From: an uncultured Chloroflexia bacterium
GTDB taxonomy: Bacteria > Chloroflexota > Limnocylindria > QHBO01
Direction of reading: 5' to 3'
Length of the DNA: 64,000 nucleotides
NCBI GenBank assembly: GCA_963814375.1
Contig: CAWFCQ010000008.1
Location: 32,001-96,000 of the forward strand
Shown here: one piece after another, positions 19,059 to 29,072 of the stretch
Numbering within the stretch: the stretch's first letter is position 1
How the letters are laid out: each line of letters starts with the position of its first letter
Made by a program: the position numbers and the translations under genes
Notes under the pieces: model-generated
Told to the model about the DNA's origin: nothing
What the model saw: the letters and a program-made list of their open reading frames with translations, nothing else
The model's database searches: none

Positions 19059-20369
19059 TCAGGCGCCGATGGCGTCCAGCGACGCTCCGATCGTCTCGAT
19101 TGCCAGCGCGACCTCCTCGTCGGTGGTCACCAGCGGCGGGATGATGCGCACGGCCTGGGCGTGCGTTCCGCACGTCAGGAGAAGCAAGTTCCTCGCCATG
19201 GCTTCCGCCAGCAGCCCCTTGGCCAGGTCGGGACGCGGCGTCAGCGTACCCGGCTCGGCGAACTCGATGGCCACCATCATCCCGCGACCGCGCACCTCCG
19301 CCACCGATGAGCGCCCGTCCGCCCGCTCGCGCAGGCCGTCCAGCAGGCGGCCGCCCAGCCGCTCGGCCCGCTCCGCCAGGCGCTCGTCGTCGATCACGTC
19401 GAGGGTGGCCAGGGCTGCCGCACAGGCCACCGCGTTGCCACCGTACGTGCCGCCGTGGGATCCGGGCGCCAGCTTGTCGAGCAGGTCGCGCCGCGCGAGG
19501 ATGCCCGACAGGGGCAGCCCGGAAGCGATGCCCTTGGCCATGATCACGATGTCGGGGGTGGCATCGGTCCATTCGGTGGCGAAGAAGCGACCGGTTCGGG
19601 CGTAGCCGCTCTGCACCTCGTCGACCGCGAGCAGGATGCCGTGGCGGTCGCACAGCTCGCGGAGCGCGGGAAGGAATCCGTCCGGCGGCACCACGTAGCC
19701 GCCCTCTCCGAGCACCGGCTCGACGACGATCAGCGCCACGTCGTCCGGGGACACGACGCCGGCGAAGAGCTCGTCGAACGCCGCCATCGTCGTGGCCAGG
19801 GCGTCGTCCTCGCCGCCCATCCGCAGCGGATACGGATACGGCACGAAGTGAACGCCGCCCATCAGCGGCTCGAAGTGAGCGCGGTACTTCACGTTCGAGC
19901 TGGTCAGCGACATCGCGGCGTGGGTGCGGCCGTGGAAGCCGCCCCGAAACGCGATGACCACCGGCCGCCGGGTTGCGGACTTGGCGAGCTTGACCGCGGC
20001 CTCGACCGCCTCGGCGCCCGAGTTGGACAGGAACAGGCCGATCTCGGCGTCCGGCGCGCGGTTCGGGAAGCGCTCGGGCAGGCGTCGATGCAGCTCGAGC
20101 CCGGGCTGGTGGTAGACGATGTTCTGCTGGAGGTGGAGCCCGCGCGCTGCCTGCTCGGCGATTGCCGCCACCACCCTCGGATGAGCGTGGCCCGTGTTGG
20201 TGACCCCGATGCCGCAGGTGTAGTCGAGGTAGCGCTCGCCATCGACCGTCTCTATCCATGAGCCGGACGCGCGCTCCACCACGAGGTCGGTGTATCGGGC
20301 CCACACCGGTGGCACGCCGGAGCGCAGTGCCGCCCAATCGGTCAGAAGGTCGGTGGCGTGTTGATCCAC
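19059..20369 (-). CDS. gabT: class III PLP aminotransferase (4-aminobutyrate aminotransferase-like)
   Basis: YLDYTCGIGVTNTGH, NSGAEAVE, FHGRT, EPVLGEGG, DEVQSGYARTG, AKGIASGLPL, HGGTYGGN; start inferred. Confidence 0.85.
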   Translation of the reverse strand: MDQHATDLLTDWAALRSGVPPVWARYTDLVVERASGSWIETVDGERYLDYTCGIGVTNTGHAHPRVVAAIAEQAARGLHLQQNIVYHQPGLELHRRLPERFPNRAPDAEIGLFLSNSGAEAVEAAVKLAKSATRRPVVIAFRGGFHGRTHAAMSLTSSNVKYRAHFEPLMGGVHFVPYPYPLRMGGEDDALATTMAAFDELFAGVVSPDDVALIVVEPVLGEGGYVVPPDGFLPALRELCDRHGILLAVDEVQSGYARTGRFFATEWTDATPDIVIMAKGIASGLPLSGILARRDLLDKLAPGSHGGTYGGNAVACAAALATLDVIDDERLAERAERLGGRLLDGLRERADGRSSVAEVRGRGMMVAIEFAEPGTLTPRPDLAKGLLAEAMARNLLLLTCGTHAQAVRIIPPLVTTDEEVALAIETIGASLDAIGA

Positions 20370-21121
20370 AGCAGGCGTGTCTCCCCGCTGGCGTCGTTGC
20401 GCCAGCGATGCGGAATGGTGGATGGGAAGGTGAGGGCGTCGCCGGCTTCCGACAGCCGGTAGGTCTCGTCGTCGCCGACCCAGACGGTCATGGCGCCCGA
20501 GAGCAGGTAGAGGAACTCCTCGCCGTCGTGCGCATAGGCGCCGTCGCTGCTGGCTCCCGGCGACAGCACGAAGAGCTGCGGCTCGAGCCGCGTCGCGCCG
20601 CTGGCGAGCTGCTCGATGCGGACCGACGCGTCGCCGAGCCGCAGGGTGGTGCGTGACGAGGGCCGCACGAAACGCTGCGTCGGGTCGCCGGCCGCGCCGA
20701 AGAGCTGCTCGAGCGTGGTGCCGTAGGCGGCCGCCACGCGCTGAAGGGTCGCGATGCTGGCTCCCGAGGTCCCGCGCTCCAGGGCCGAGAGGAAGCTGAC
20801 CGAGAGGCCGGCCGCCTCGCTCGCCTGCCGCAGGCTGAGCCCCCTGGCCGTCCGGAGCCGCCTGAGCGGCCGGCCGTCCACGCGCCGATCGTGGTGCGGC
20901 GTCGCGACCGTGTCGCGCAGCAGGCGGCGGATGCCCGGGGCGTTGAGGCGATCGACCTGGCGCATGCGGCGGACGCTGCGGAGGTGGTCGAGATCGGCGT
21001 CGCTGTAGAGGCGGTAGCGGCCGCGACGCGCCGGGCGCACCAGCCCCTGGCGCTCCCAGAGTCGCAGCGCCGAGGCGGAGACACCGACGCGCCGTGCCGC
21101 CTCGCCGATGAGGTACGTCAT
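20342..21121 (-). CDS. MerR-HTH + XRE-HTH + cupin transcriptional regulator
   Basis: IGEAARRVGVSASALRLWE; LRRLRTARGLSLRQASEAAGLSVSFLSALERG; HDGEEFLYLLSG...F.STIPHRWRN. Confidence 0.88.
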   Translation of the reverse strand: MTYLIGEAARRVGVSASALRLWERQGLVRPARRGRYRLYSDADLDHLRSVRRMRQVDRLNAPGIRRLLRDTVATPHHDRRVDGRPLRRLRTARGLSLRQASEAAGLSVSFLSALERGTSGASIATLQRVAAAYGTTLEQLFGAAGDPTQRFVRPSSRTTLRLGDASVRIEQLASGATRLEPQLFVLSPGASSDGAYAHDGEEFLYLLSGAMTVWVGDDETYRLSEAGDALTFPSTIPHRWRNDASGETRLLWINTPPTF

Positions 21122-21948
21122 GGCGTCGACGGCGCCGCGGCCGCGGCCTCCACCTTTCGCACGTCGGCCGCCTGTCGCTGGCTCCAGAGCTGGACGCCGA
21201 TGAAGGCGATGGCGACCAGGAAGATGAGGGTGCCGAGCACATTGACCTCGGGAGGGATGCCGACGCGGCTGGCGCCGAACACCCACAGCGGGAACGTGAC
21301 GGTGCGGCCGGCGCTGAACAGCGTGATGACGTAGTCGTCGATCGACAATGCGAACGCGAGCAGGCCGGCCGCGAGGATGCCCGGGAAGATCAGCGGGAAG
21401 GTCACCCGCCAGAACGTCTGGCGCTCGTTGGCGTAGAGGTCCATCCCGGCTTCCTCGAGCGATCGGTTGAAGCCGACGAGGCGCGGTCGCAACGTGACGA
21501 TGACGTAGCTGATGTTGAACATCACGTGGGCGATGAGGATCGTGAGGAAGCCGCGGGGAACGCCGATCGAGATCCACATCGTCAGCAGCGAGGCGCCGAG
21601 GATGATCTCGGGCGCCGCCATCGGGATGAAGATCAGGAGATTGAGCGGGCCACGGCCGCGGAACTCGTAGTGCGAGAGGGCGAGGGCGATCATCGTTCCG
21701 AACGTCGTCGCCATCACGGTTGAGAGGGCCGCGATCGCGATGCTGGTGATCATCGGCCCGGTGATCTGCGGGCGGCTCCAGATGTCGAGGTAGTTCTCGA
21801 AGGTGAAGCCCTGCCAGGTGATGTTCTGCCGCCCGGCCGGGTCGTTGAAGCTGAAGACGATCATCACCGCGATCGGCGCGAAGAGGAAGACGACGACCAG
21901 GGCGGTGAAGACGCGCAGGAGCGCGCGTGACGATTTTGAGTCGCCCAT
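21118..21948 (-). CDS. potC: polyamine ABC transporter permease
   Basis: LEEAGMDLYA EAA motif, FALSIDDY. Confidence 0.88.
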   Translation of the reverse strand: MGDSKSSRALLRVFTALVVVFLFAPIAVMIVFSFNDPAGRQNITWQGFTFENYLDIWSRPQITGPMITSIAIAALSTVMATTFGTMIALALSHYEFRGRGPLNLLIFIPMAAPEIILGASLLTMWISIGVPRGFLTILIAHVMFNISYVIVTLRPRLVGFNRSLEEAGMDLYANERQTFWRVTFPLIFPGILAAGLLAFALSIDDYVITLFSAGRTVTFPLWVFGASRVGIPPEVNVLGTLIFLVAIAFIGVQLWSQRQAADVRKVEAAAAAPSTP

Positions 21949-22799
21949 CAGGTCGTGAGCCGATCGGTGCCGACGGCGCGGCTGTATCCGGCCACGAGGA
22001 TCGTGACGCCGATGACGAGGACGAACGCGAGCGCTGCGGCCGACGGGTAGTCGTTGGCGTTGATGTACTTGAACTGGATGACGTTCCCGATCATCTGCAC
22101 GTCCGGGTTGCCCGCCCCGATGATCTCGGCGTTGATGAAGTCGCCGATGGCCGGGATGAAGGTGAGCAGCGACCCCGCCACCACGCCCGGCAGCGAGAGG
22201 GTGAACGTGACGCGCCAGAACGCCTGCCAGCGGCTGGCGTAGAGGTCGGTCGCTGCCTCGATCAATCGCTTGTCGAGCTTCTCGAGGGCGACGTACAGCG
22301 GCAGGATCATGAACGGCAGGAAGTTGTACGTCAGGCCGAAGACGACCGAGGCCGGCGTCGCCAGGAAGTGGAACCCCTGCTCGAGCAGCCCGAGATCCTT
22401 CAGGGTGCCGAAGACGAGGCCGTTGTCCGACAGGAGCATCCGCCAGTTCAGGGTGCGAATCACGAAGCTGACGAAGAACGGCAGGATGACGATGAAGAGG
22501 AGGGCCGTCTTGAAGCGCCCACCGTGGAACGCGATCGTGTACGCCATCGGATACCCGATGAGCAGCGTCAACGTGGTCGTCAGGAGCGCGTAGATGGCGG
22601 ACCGGATGAAGAGGTCACCGAATTCGGTGATCACCTGCGGGTAGATGCCGAAGTTCCAGGTCAGCTGGTACCCGGTGTCGAGCGATCCCTCCTGGAGCGA
22701 CACGCTCGCCATGATCGCCATCGGGATGGCGAAGAAGACGAGCAGCCAGAGTCCTCCCGGTAGCAGCAGGAGGTACGGCGTCAGGCGGCTGCGGCCCAT
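21948..22799 (-). CDS. potB: polyamine ABC transporter permease
   Basis: IGYPMAY, YNFLPFMILPLY, LIEAATDLYAS. Confidence 0.88.
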   Translation of the reverse strand: MGRSRLTPYLLLLPGGLWLLVFFAIPMAIMASVSLQEGSLDTGYQLTWNFGIYPQVITEFGDLFIRSAIYALLTTTLTLLIGYPMAYTIAFHGGRFKTALLFIVILPFFVSFVIRTLNWRMLLSDNGLVFGTLKDLGLLEQGFHFLATPASVVFGLTYNFLPFMILPLYVALEKLDKRLIEAATDLYASRWQAFWRVTFTLSLPGVVAGSLLTFIPAIGDFINAEIIGAGNPDVQMIGNVIQFKYINANDYPSAAALAFVLVIGVTILVAGYSRAVGTDRLTT

Positions 22800-22821
22800 G
22801 GCTGGCGCGCCCTGCCTTTCG

Positions 22822-24081
22822 TCAGCTGCTCACCTCGAGCCATAGGTCGTTCCACTCCGCCTCCTCCTCCTCGGTCAGCTCCTTGTCGGTGTACGTGTTC
22901 GCGAGCTGGTCATCGGTGGGGACGACCGTCGGCGCGAGGGCGTCGTAGTAGTCGGCGTTCTCGGTGTCGCCATCCGCTCGATACGCCTCGGCGTCCGCGA
23001 CGATCTGCTCCTGCACGCCGTTCACCCCGGTGAAGTAGCCGATGTACTCCGAGACGAGCGTCGCGCCCGGGACGCCGTAGTAGTAGTTCAGCAGCTGGTG
23101 GGCGCCGCCGATGCGAGCCGCCCCCTTGGGGATCGCGAAGTTGTCGTTCCAGCGCATGGCGCCCGTGTCGGGGATGACGAACTGGACGTTCTCGTTGTCG
23201 TTCAGCTGCATCTGGGTGATGTCGCCCGACCACGCGACCGCGATCGCGAGATCGCCGGCAGCGAGGGCGTCGTAGTACTCGTTGCCGTAGTAGCCACGGA
23301 ACTGGTTGCGCGAGTTGGCCTCCAGCAGCACGTCGCGCGCGCGGGTGACGTCGTCAACGGTCGCATTCGCCGGCTCGACGCCGAGCGAGAGGAGCGTCAG
23401 CCCGAACATGTCGCGCATGTCGCTGAAGGCGCCGGCGACGCCCTGGAAGGCCGGGTCGAGCAGGTCGTCGAAGGTCGTGATCTCTCGGCCTGTGAGCGCC
23501 GGGTCGTAGGCAATGCCCGTGATTCCACCCTGCCACCAGAGGCTGTACCGGTTGTCGGCGTCGAACCAGAGGCCCTTCGCATAGTCCGCGGCATTCTCGG
23601 TCCAGTTGGGCAGCTGGCTGTGGTCGAGCTCCTCGAGCAGGTCGAGCCGGGCAAGGCGTTCGACGACCCAGCCGCCGGGGGTGATGACGTCCCAGCCGGT
23701 CGGATTGCCGGCCTGGAGGTCGGGGAGGATCGTCCCCATGAAGTCCGCGTTGTCCTGGATCGCCTCGGAGTAGTTGACCTCCACCCCGGACTCCTCGGTG
23801 AACGCCATGATGCTCGGATAGTTGCCGTCGTCGTCGATGTCGATGTAGAGGGGCCAGTTCGCCCACTCGAGCGCGCCGGTGGCGTCGGAGGCCGCCGCCG
23901 AGCCGCCGGCGGACTCCCGCGGACCGATGCCGCAGGCGGCGAGGATCGAGGGCAGCGTCAGCGCCGAGCCGGCCAGGATGGCACCGCGGCCGGTGCCGCG
24001 CAGGAAGCTCCGCCGGGTCATGCGACTGTCGGTTCGGAAGGCACGCGCGATCACGCGCTCGATCTGGGACTCGTCACGCAT
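22822..24081 (-). CDS. potD: polyamine ABC substrate-binding Tat lipoprotein
   Basis: TRRSFL Tat motif, LAAC lipobox, ANWPLYID, AWSGD, DNFAIPKGA. Confidence 0.88.
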   Translation of the reverse strand: MRDESQIERVIARAFRTDSRMTRRSFLRGTGRGAILAGSALTLPSILAACGIGPRESAGGSAAASDATGALEWANWPLYIDIDDDGNYPSIMAFTEESGVEVNYSEAIQDNADFMGTILPDLQAGNPTGWDVITPGGWVVERLARLDLLEELDHSQLPNWTENAADYAKGLWFDADNRYSLWWQGGITGIAYDPALTGREITTFDDLLDPAFQGVAGAFSDMRDMFGLTLLSLGVEPANATVDDVTRARDVLLEANSRNQFRGYYGNEYYDALAAGDLAIAVAWSGDITQMQLNDNENVQFVIPDTGAMRWNDNFAIPKGAARIGGAHQLLNYYYGVPGATLVSEYIGYFTGVNGVQEQIVADAEAYRADGDTENADYYDALAPTVVPTDDQLANTYTDKELTEEEEAEWNDLWLEVSS

Positions 24082-25240
24082 CGGTCTGCTGCTCCTCCTC
24101 GAGCTCCAGGGGATCCTGCGATTCCGGGCCCGCTGGCGGGCCGATGACGAAGGTGTGCTGCGGCTTCCAGGTCAGACGCACGCGCTGGCCGTCGGCCAGC
24201 GCCTCGCCGGCGCCGCTGGTCTCCAGGTTCTGGGCGTACACGATGAGCCGGTGCCCGTCCGCGGTCTCGACCAGATACTGGGTGCTGACACCCATGTACG
24301 AGGCATCGAGGACCTTGCCCTCGATCGCGTTCGTGTCGGCGGCCGTGGACGCGGCCGCGTCGTCGGCGATGGCGAGGACGCGCAGCTTCTCGGGCCGCAC
24401 GCCGAGCCTGACCTTCGTCTCGCCGTTCAGCTCCGCTGCCGGCGCGCGAAGCATCGTTCCGTCGGCCAGTCGCAGATCGGCGAAGCGGTCGTCACGCCCG
24501 GCGACCTCCGCGTCGAGCAGGTTGCTCACCCCGAGAAAGCCGGCGACGAACTCGGTGCGCGGCCGCTCGTACAGCTCCTCGGGCGGTCCAAGCTGCTCGA
24601 TCTTGCCGGCCCGCATCACGGCGATGCGGTCGGACATCGTCATCGCCTCCTCCTGGTCGTGGGTGACGAAGATGAAGGTGATGCCGATCTCGGACTGAAT
24701 GCGCTTGAGCTCGACCTGCATCTGCTTGCGCAGCTTGAGGTCCAGCGCACCGAGCGGCTCGTCCAGCAGCAGGACACGTGGGTTGTTGACCAGAGCGCGG
24801 GCAAGGGCGATGCGCTGCTGCTGCCCACCTGACAGCTGGCTTGGCTTGCGATCCTCGTAGCCGGGCAGCTCGACCAGCTTGAGCATGAAGGCGACCTGGT
24901 GGCGAATCTCCTTCGTCGGCGTCTTGCGACGGCGCAGGCCGAAGGCGATGTTCTCGAAGACCGAGAGGTGCGGGAAGAGCGCGTAGTTCTGGAAGACCGT
25001 GTTCGTCGCGCGCTTGAAGGGCGGGAGGTTGGTGACATCCTCGTCACCGAGGAAGATGGCGCCCGAGGTGACCTCCTCGAAGCCGCCGATCATGCGCAGC
25101 GTCGTCGTCTTGCCGCAGCCCGATGGGCCAAGAAGGGAGAAGAACTCGCCTTCCGGGATCTCGAGCGAGAGGTCCTCCACGGCGGTGAAGTCACCGAACC
25201 GCTTGGTCACCCGCTCGATCCGGACGTCAGCTTCGGGCAC
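24074..25240 (-). CDS. potA: polyamine ABC ATP-binding protein
   Basis: GPSGCGKTT, VFQNYALFPH, LSGGQQQR, LLDEPLGALDLKLR, TOBE-like C-terminus. Confidence 0.92.
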   Translation of the reverse strand: MPEADVRIERVTKRFGDFTAVEDLSLEIPEGEFFSLLGPSGCGKTTTLRMIGGFEEVTSGAIFLGDEDVTNLPPFKRATNTVFQNYALFPHLSVFENIAFGLRRRKTPTKEIRHQVAFMLKLVELPGYEDRKPSQLSGGQQQRIALARALVNNPRVLLLDEPLGALDLKLRKQMQVELKRIQSEIGITFIFVTHDQEEAMTMSDRIAVMRAGKIEQLGPPEELYERPRTEFVAGFLGVSNLLDAEVAGRDDRFADLRLADGTMLRAPAAELNGETKVRLGVRPEKLRVLAIADDAAASTAADTNAIEGKVLDASYMGVSTQYLVETADGHRLIVYAQNLETSGAGEALADGQRVRLTWKPQHTFVIGPPAGPESQDPLELEEEQQTDA

Positions 25241-25284
25241 GCTCGTCCACTCGCAAACCTTGTCGCGTTGCAGTAGGCCTGCGG

Positions 25285-25315
25285 AGTATACGGACCGGCG
25301 CTCGCGACCTGTCAA
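25285..25315 (-). promoter_or_regulatory. promoter TTGACA-N19-TATACT of the pot operon
   Basis: Near-consensus boxes with an over-long 19-bp spacer. Confidence 0.6.
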
Positions 25316-25344
25316 CAGAATCGGCGCGTCTCGGCCGTTCGGCG

Positions 25345-26493
25345 TCAGGTAGCCCGGAGCTCGATCCAGCGCTCCGACTTGGCGCTCGCAACGACGGCCT
25401 CGACCACCGCGACCGAGCGGGCGCCATCGCCGACCGTCGGATACGGGGCCGGCTCACCGGGAGCCGGTGGCGGCGCGCCCTCGGCGATGGCGGTGTAGAA
25501 GGCACGAAGGACGTCGCGCAGGGCCTCGGTCCATCCCTCGGGATGTCCTGCCGGCAGCGACGGCACCCCACTGGTCGCGCCCTCGGGCTGACGGGTCAGC
25601 CGGCGTGCCTCGGCGCGGCTGCCGATCCACAGCGACTCGGGCCGCTCCTGCTGCCACGCGAGCGAAGCGAGCGCGCCGGCGATCTCGAAGCCGAAGGCGT
25701 TCTTGCGCCCGGGGCTCACCTGGCTGATGACGACCGCTCCGCGCGATCCATCGTCGAAGCGAAGCAGGATGGTCGCCGCATCCTCGGAGCTGATCGTCAC
25801 CGTCTCGGTCTCGCCGGTGGCGGTCTCGAAGGCGGTGGCCGCCTCGGCCAGGGGCCGCCGCCTGGAGGGAATGAAGGTGGCGAGGTCGGCGAAGACGGCG
25901 GTGACGCGGCGGCCGCTGACGAACTCGGCGGTGTCCACCCAATGAGAGCCGATGTCGGCCACCGCCCGCGAGGCTCCGGAGGAGGGCTCGAGGCGCCAGT
26001 TGTAATCGGTCTCGTCGGACAGCCAGTCCTGGAGGTAGTTGCCGTGGATGAGGCGCAGGTTTCCGAGCTCACCGGCCTCCACGAGCTGGCGCGCGCGCCG
26101 CACCATCGGATAGCCGCGGTAGGTGAATGCCACCATGGCGTGCCGCCCGACCCGCGCCGCCAGGTCGACCAGGCCACGGGCTTCGCTCGATGCAGCCGCG
26201 AGTGGCTTCTCGACGACGACGTGCTTGCCCGCCTCGAGCGCCCGCGTGGCGAGCGCGACGTGCGTGTCATTCGGGGTGCAGACATGGATGACGTCGATGC
26301 CCGGGTCGTCCATGAGCGAGTCGACGTCCGCCGTCGCGCGCGGGACGCCGAGCGCCCTGGCCCGGACGGCGGTGCGCTCCGCGTTCGAGCCGGCGAGCGC
26401 CACGACCTCGGCCAGACCGCCGCGACGCACCGCATCGACATGAAACGGGCCGACGAAGCCGGTGCCGATGACCGCCGCGCGCAGCGTCGTCAC
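25345..26493 (-). CDS. Gfo/Idh/MocA family oxidoreductase
   Basis: AVIGTGFVG, CTPNDTH, GKHVVVEKP, ADIGSHWVD; GTGA overlap. Confidence 0.92.
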   Translation of the reverse strand: MTTLRAAVIGTGFVGPFHVDAVRRGGLAEVVALAGSNAERTAVRARALGVPRATADVDSLMDDPGIDVIHVCTPNDTHVALATRALEAGKHVVVEKPLAAASSEARGLVDLAARVGRHAMVAFTYRGYPMVRRARQLVEAGELGNLRLIHGNYLQDWLSDETDYNWRLEPSSGASRAVADIGSHWVDTAEFVSGRRVTAVFADLATFIPSRRRPLAEAATAFETATGETETVTISSEDAATILLRFDDGSRGAVVISQVSPGRKNAFGFEIAGALASLAWQQERPESLWIGSRAEARRLTRQPEGATSGVPSLPAGHPEGWTEALRDVLRAFYTAIAEGAPPPAPGEPAPYPTVGDGARSVAVVEAVVASAKSERWIELRAT

Positions 26494-27461
26494 GTCCACC
26501 ACGCCTCGGTCATCGCCGGGTCGCGCGGCATCACGCCCCGCAGGAATGCGACGCCCTTCTCGAAGCCCTCGTCGATCGAGAGCAGCGCGTCCTCGTGCTC
26601 GATCGAGAGGACGTCGTCGTAGCCGGCAAGCCGCAGCGCCGAGAGGATGCGTCGCCACTCGAGCTCGCCATGGCCGTAGCCGACGGTGCGGAAGATCCAG
26701 GACCGGCGAGTCACCTCGGCGAGCGGCGTCGTGTCGAGGACGCCGTTGACCGCGGCGTTGCGTGGATGGATCGCCGTGTCCTTGGCGTGGGTGTGGTGGA
26801 TCGCGCCCGCGGCTCCGAGCACCGCGATCGCGCTCTCGATGTCGATGCCCTGCCAGAAGAGGTGGCTGGGATCGAGGTTGGCGCCGACCGCGGGGCCGCA
26901 CGCCTCGCGCAGGCGCAGCAGCGTCGCCGGGTTGTAGACGACGAAGCCGGGGTGCATCTCGAAGCCGAGCCGAACGCCGTGATCCGCGGCGAACGTGGCC
27001 TCCTCGGCCCAGTAGGGGATGACCTTGGTGCTCCATTGCCACTCGAGCAGCTCGCCGAACTCGTTCGGCCAGGCGCAGGTCACCCAGTTCGGATACCGCG
27101 CCGAGTCGGAGTCGCCGGGGCAGCCGCTGAAGAGGTTGACCCGCTCGACGCCCAGCCGCTGCGCAAGCTCGACCGTTCTGCGGTACACGTCGTGCGCCGC
27201 TCCGGCCACCTCGCGCTGCGGGTGGAGGGGGTTGCCATGGCACGAGAGCGCGCTGATCTCGAGTCCGCGCGACGTCACCGCATCGGCGAAGGCCTTCAGC
27301 TTGGCGTCGTCGGCGAGCAGCTCATCCGGCTTGCAGTGCGCGTCGCCGGGGTAGCTGCCGGTCCCGATCTCGACGCACTCGACGCCCGCTGCGGCGATCC
27401 GATCCAGCGCGTCGGTGAAGGGCGACCCGGAGAAGAGGACCGTGAACACGCCGAGCTTCAT
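26490..27461 (-). CDS. sugar phosphate isomerase/epimerase (IolE/xylose isomerase-like TIM barrel)
   Basis: LSCHGNPLHP, FEMHPG, NLDPSH, HAKD, FRTVGYG, LSIEHED. Confidence 0.9.
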   Translation of the reverse strand: MKLGVFTVLFSGSPFTDALDRIAAAGVECVEIGTGSYPGDAHCKPDELLADDAKLKAFADAVTSRGLEISALSCHGNPLHPQREVAGAAHDVYRRTVELAQRLGVERVNLFSGCPGDSDSARYPNWVTCAWPNEFGELLEWQWSTKVIPYWAEEATFAADHGVRLGFEMHPGFVVYNPATLLRLREACGPAVGANLDPSHLFWQGIDIESAIAVLGAAGAIHHTHAKDTAIHPRNAAVNGVLDTTPLAEVTRRSWIFRTVGYGHGELEWRRILSALRLAGYDDVLSIEHEDALLSIDEGFEKGVAFLRGVMPRDPAMTEAWWT

Positions 27462-29008
27462 GTCGCCTCCTTGATGGCGGGCTCGCTGACGTTCGCGCGC
27501 GTGGCCAGCTCCATGATCGCCTCCTGGCTCGCGCCGCGGCCGGGCAGCTCGCCCTCCAGCACACCCTCGTGCAGGACCAGGATGCGATCGGCGACGCCGA
27601 TGACCTCGAGGAGGTCCGACGACACCATCAGGACCGCCACACCCCGGAGCTTGAGCTGGTCGATGATGGCGAAGATCTCCGCCTTCGCGCCCACGTCGAC
27701 GCCTCGAGTCGGCTCGTCGAGGAGCAGGACGTCCGGCTCCCGCGCCAGCCACTTGGCGAGCACGATCTTCTGCTGGTTTCCGCCGCTGAAGGCGCGTGCC
27801 GGCCGCTCCACCTTCGGCGGCCTCAGCGCCAGCTCGCTGGCCAGGCGCTCTGCCAGCTCACGCTCTCCCCGCCGATTGAGGATGCCGTTGGAGGCGATCG
27901 TGTCGAGGTTGGCGAGACCGATGTTGGTGCGAGCCGCGAATTCGAGGATGAGCCCCGACTCCTTGCGGTCCTCGGTCACCAGGCCGACGCGGGCGTCGAT
28001 CGCGCCCTCGATGCTGCCGGCGGCGAGGGCCTTGCCGTTGACCGCGACATCGCCGTCGCGCGGCAGCGCACCGAAGATGGCGAGCAGCGACTCGGTGCGG
28101 CCGGAACCGAGGAGGCCGGCCAGCGCGACGACCTCGCCGCCGTGGACCTCGAATGAGAGGCCGTCAACCCATCGCCGGCCGGGCTTGGCCCTGGGCGGCA
28201 CCACGAGATCACGCACGGCGAGGCGCACATCGCCGGCGGGCCGATCGGCGCGCTGATACAGGTCGCCGAGCTCGCGGCCGACCATGGCCTGGACGACCTT
28301 GCCGGGCGTCGCCTCCTCGCGGCTCATGGTCGTCACCGTGCGCCCGTCTCTCAGCACGGTGACGCGATCGGCAACCGCATACACCTCGTCGAGCTTGTGG
28401 CTGATGTAGATGATCGCGACCCCCTCCGCTCGCAGGCCACGCAGGATCTCGAGCATGCGATCGGTCTCGACCTCGGTCAGGGCCGACGAGGGCTCGTCCA
28501 GGACCAGGATCCGGGCATGACGGTCGAGGGCGCGAGCGATCTCGACCAGCTGGCGGCGCGCGACCGAGAGCGAGCCGAGCCGTGCGGCCGGGTCGAGGTC
28601 GAAGCCGTAGCGATCGAGGACCTCGCGCGCCGCGGCGCGCATGCCGCCCTGGTTCACGATGCCGTTGCGGGCGGGCAGACGGCCCAGGAACAGGTTCTCG
28701 GCCACCGAGAGGTCGGGGATGAGCTGGAGCTCCTGGTGGATGATCGCGACGCCGGCCGCCAGCGCGTCGTGCGGGCTGCCGAAGGCGATCGGCTTGCCGT
28801 CGAGGACCATCTCGCCCTCGTAGCTGCCGGCCGGCCAGCGGCCGCCGATGATGTTGATGAGCGTCGACTTGCCGGCGCCGTTTTCGCCGACCAGCGCGAG
28901 GATCTCGCCCCCGCGCAGCTCGAGATCGACGCCGTCGAGGGCGCGCACGCCCGCAAATTGCTTGACGATGCCGCGCATCTCGAGGTGCACGGTGTCTTCC
29001 TGCGTCAT
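27458..29008 (-). CDS. sugar ABC transporter ATP-binding protein (RbsA/XylG-like, double domain)
   Basis: GENGAGKST, LDEPSSAL, SGGNQQK, DEPTRGVDVGAK. Confidence 0.93.
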   Translation of the reverse strand: MTQEDTVHLEMRGIVKQFAGVRALDGVDLELRGGEILALVGENGAGKSTLINIIGGRWPAGSYEGEMVLDGKPIAFGSPHDALAAGVAIIHQELQLIPDLSVAENLFLGRLPARNGIVNQGGMRAAAREVLDRYGFDLDPAARLGSLSVARRQLVEIARALDRHARILVLDEPSSALTEVETDRMLEILRGLRAEGVAIIYISHKLDEVYAVADRVTVLRDGRTVTTMSREEATPGKVVQAMVGRELGDLYQRADRPAGDVRLAVRDLVVPPRAKPGRRWVDGLSFEVHGGEVVALAGLLGSGRTESLLAIFGALPRDGDVAVNGKALAAGSIEGAIDARVGLVTEDRKESGLILEFAARTNIGLANLDTIASNGILNRRGERELAERLASELALRPPKVERPARAFSGGNQQKIVLAKWLAREPDVLLLDEPTRGVDVGAKAEIFAIIDQLKLRGVAVLMVSSDLLEVIGVADRILVLHEGVLEGELPGRGASQEAIMELATRANVSEPAIKEAT

Positions 29009-29024
29009 GACACGGAGCCGATGA

Positions 29025-29053
29025 GGCCCCGGCGAGACGATCCCGCCGGGGCC
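29025..29053 (-). other. intra-operon stem-loop after the substrate-binding protein gene (mRNA stabiliser or partial terminator)
   Basis: GGCCCCGGCG-N9-CGCCGGGGCC, perfect 10-bp stem. Confidence 0.65.
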
Positions 29054-29072
29054 GAGCTTCGGCTGGGTCCTC

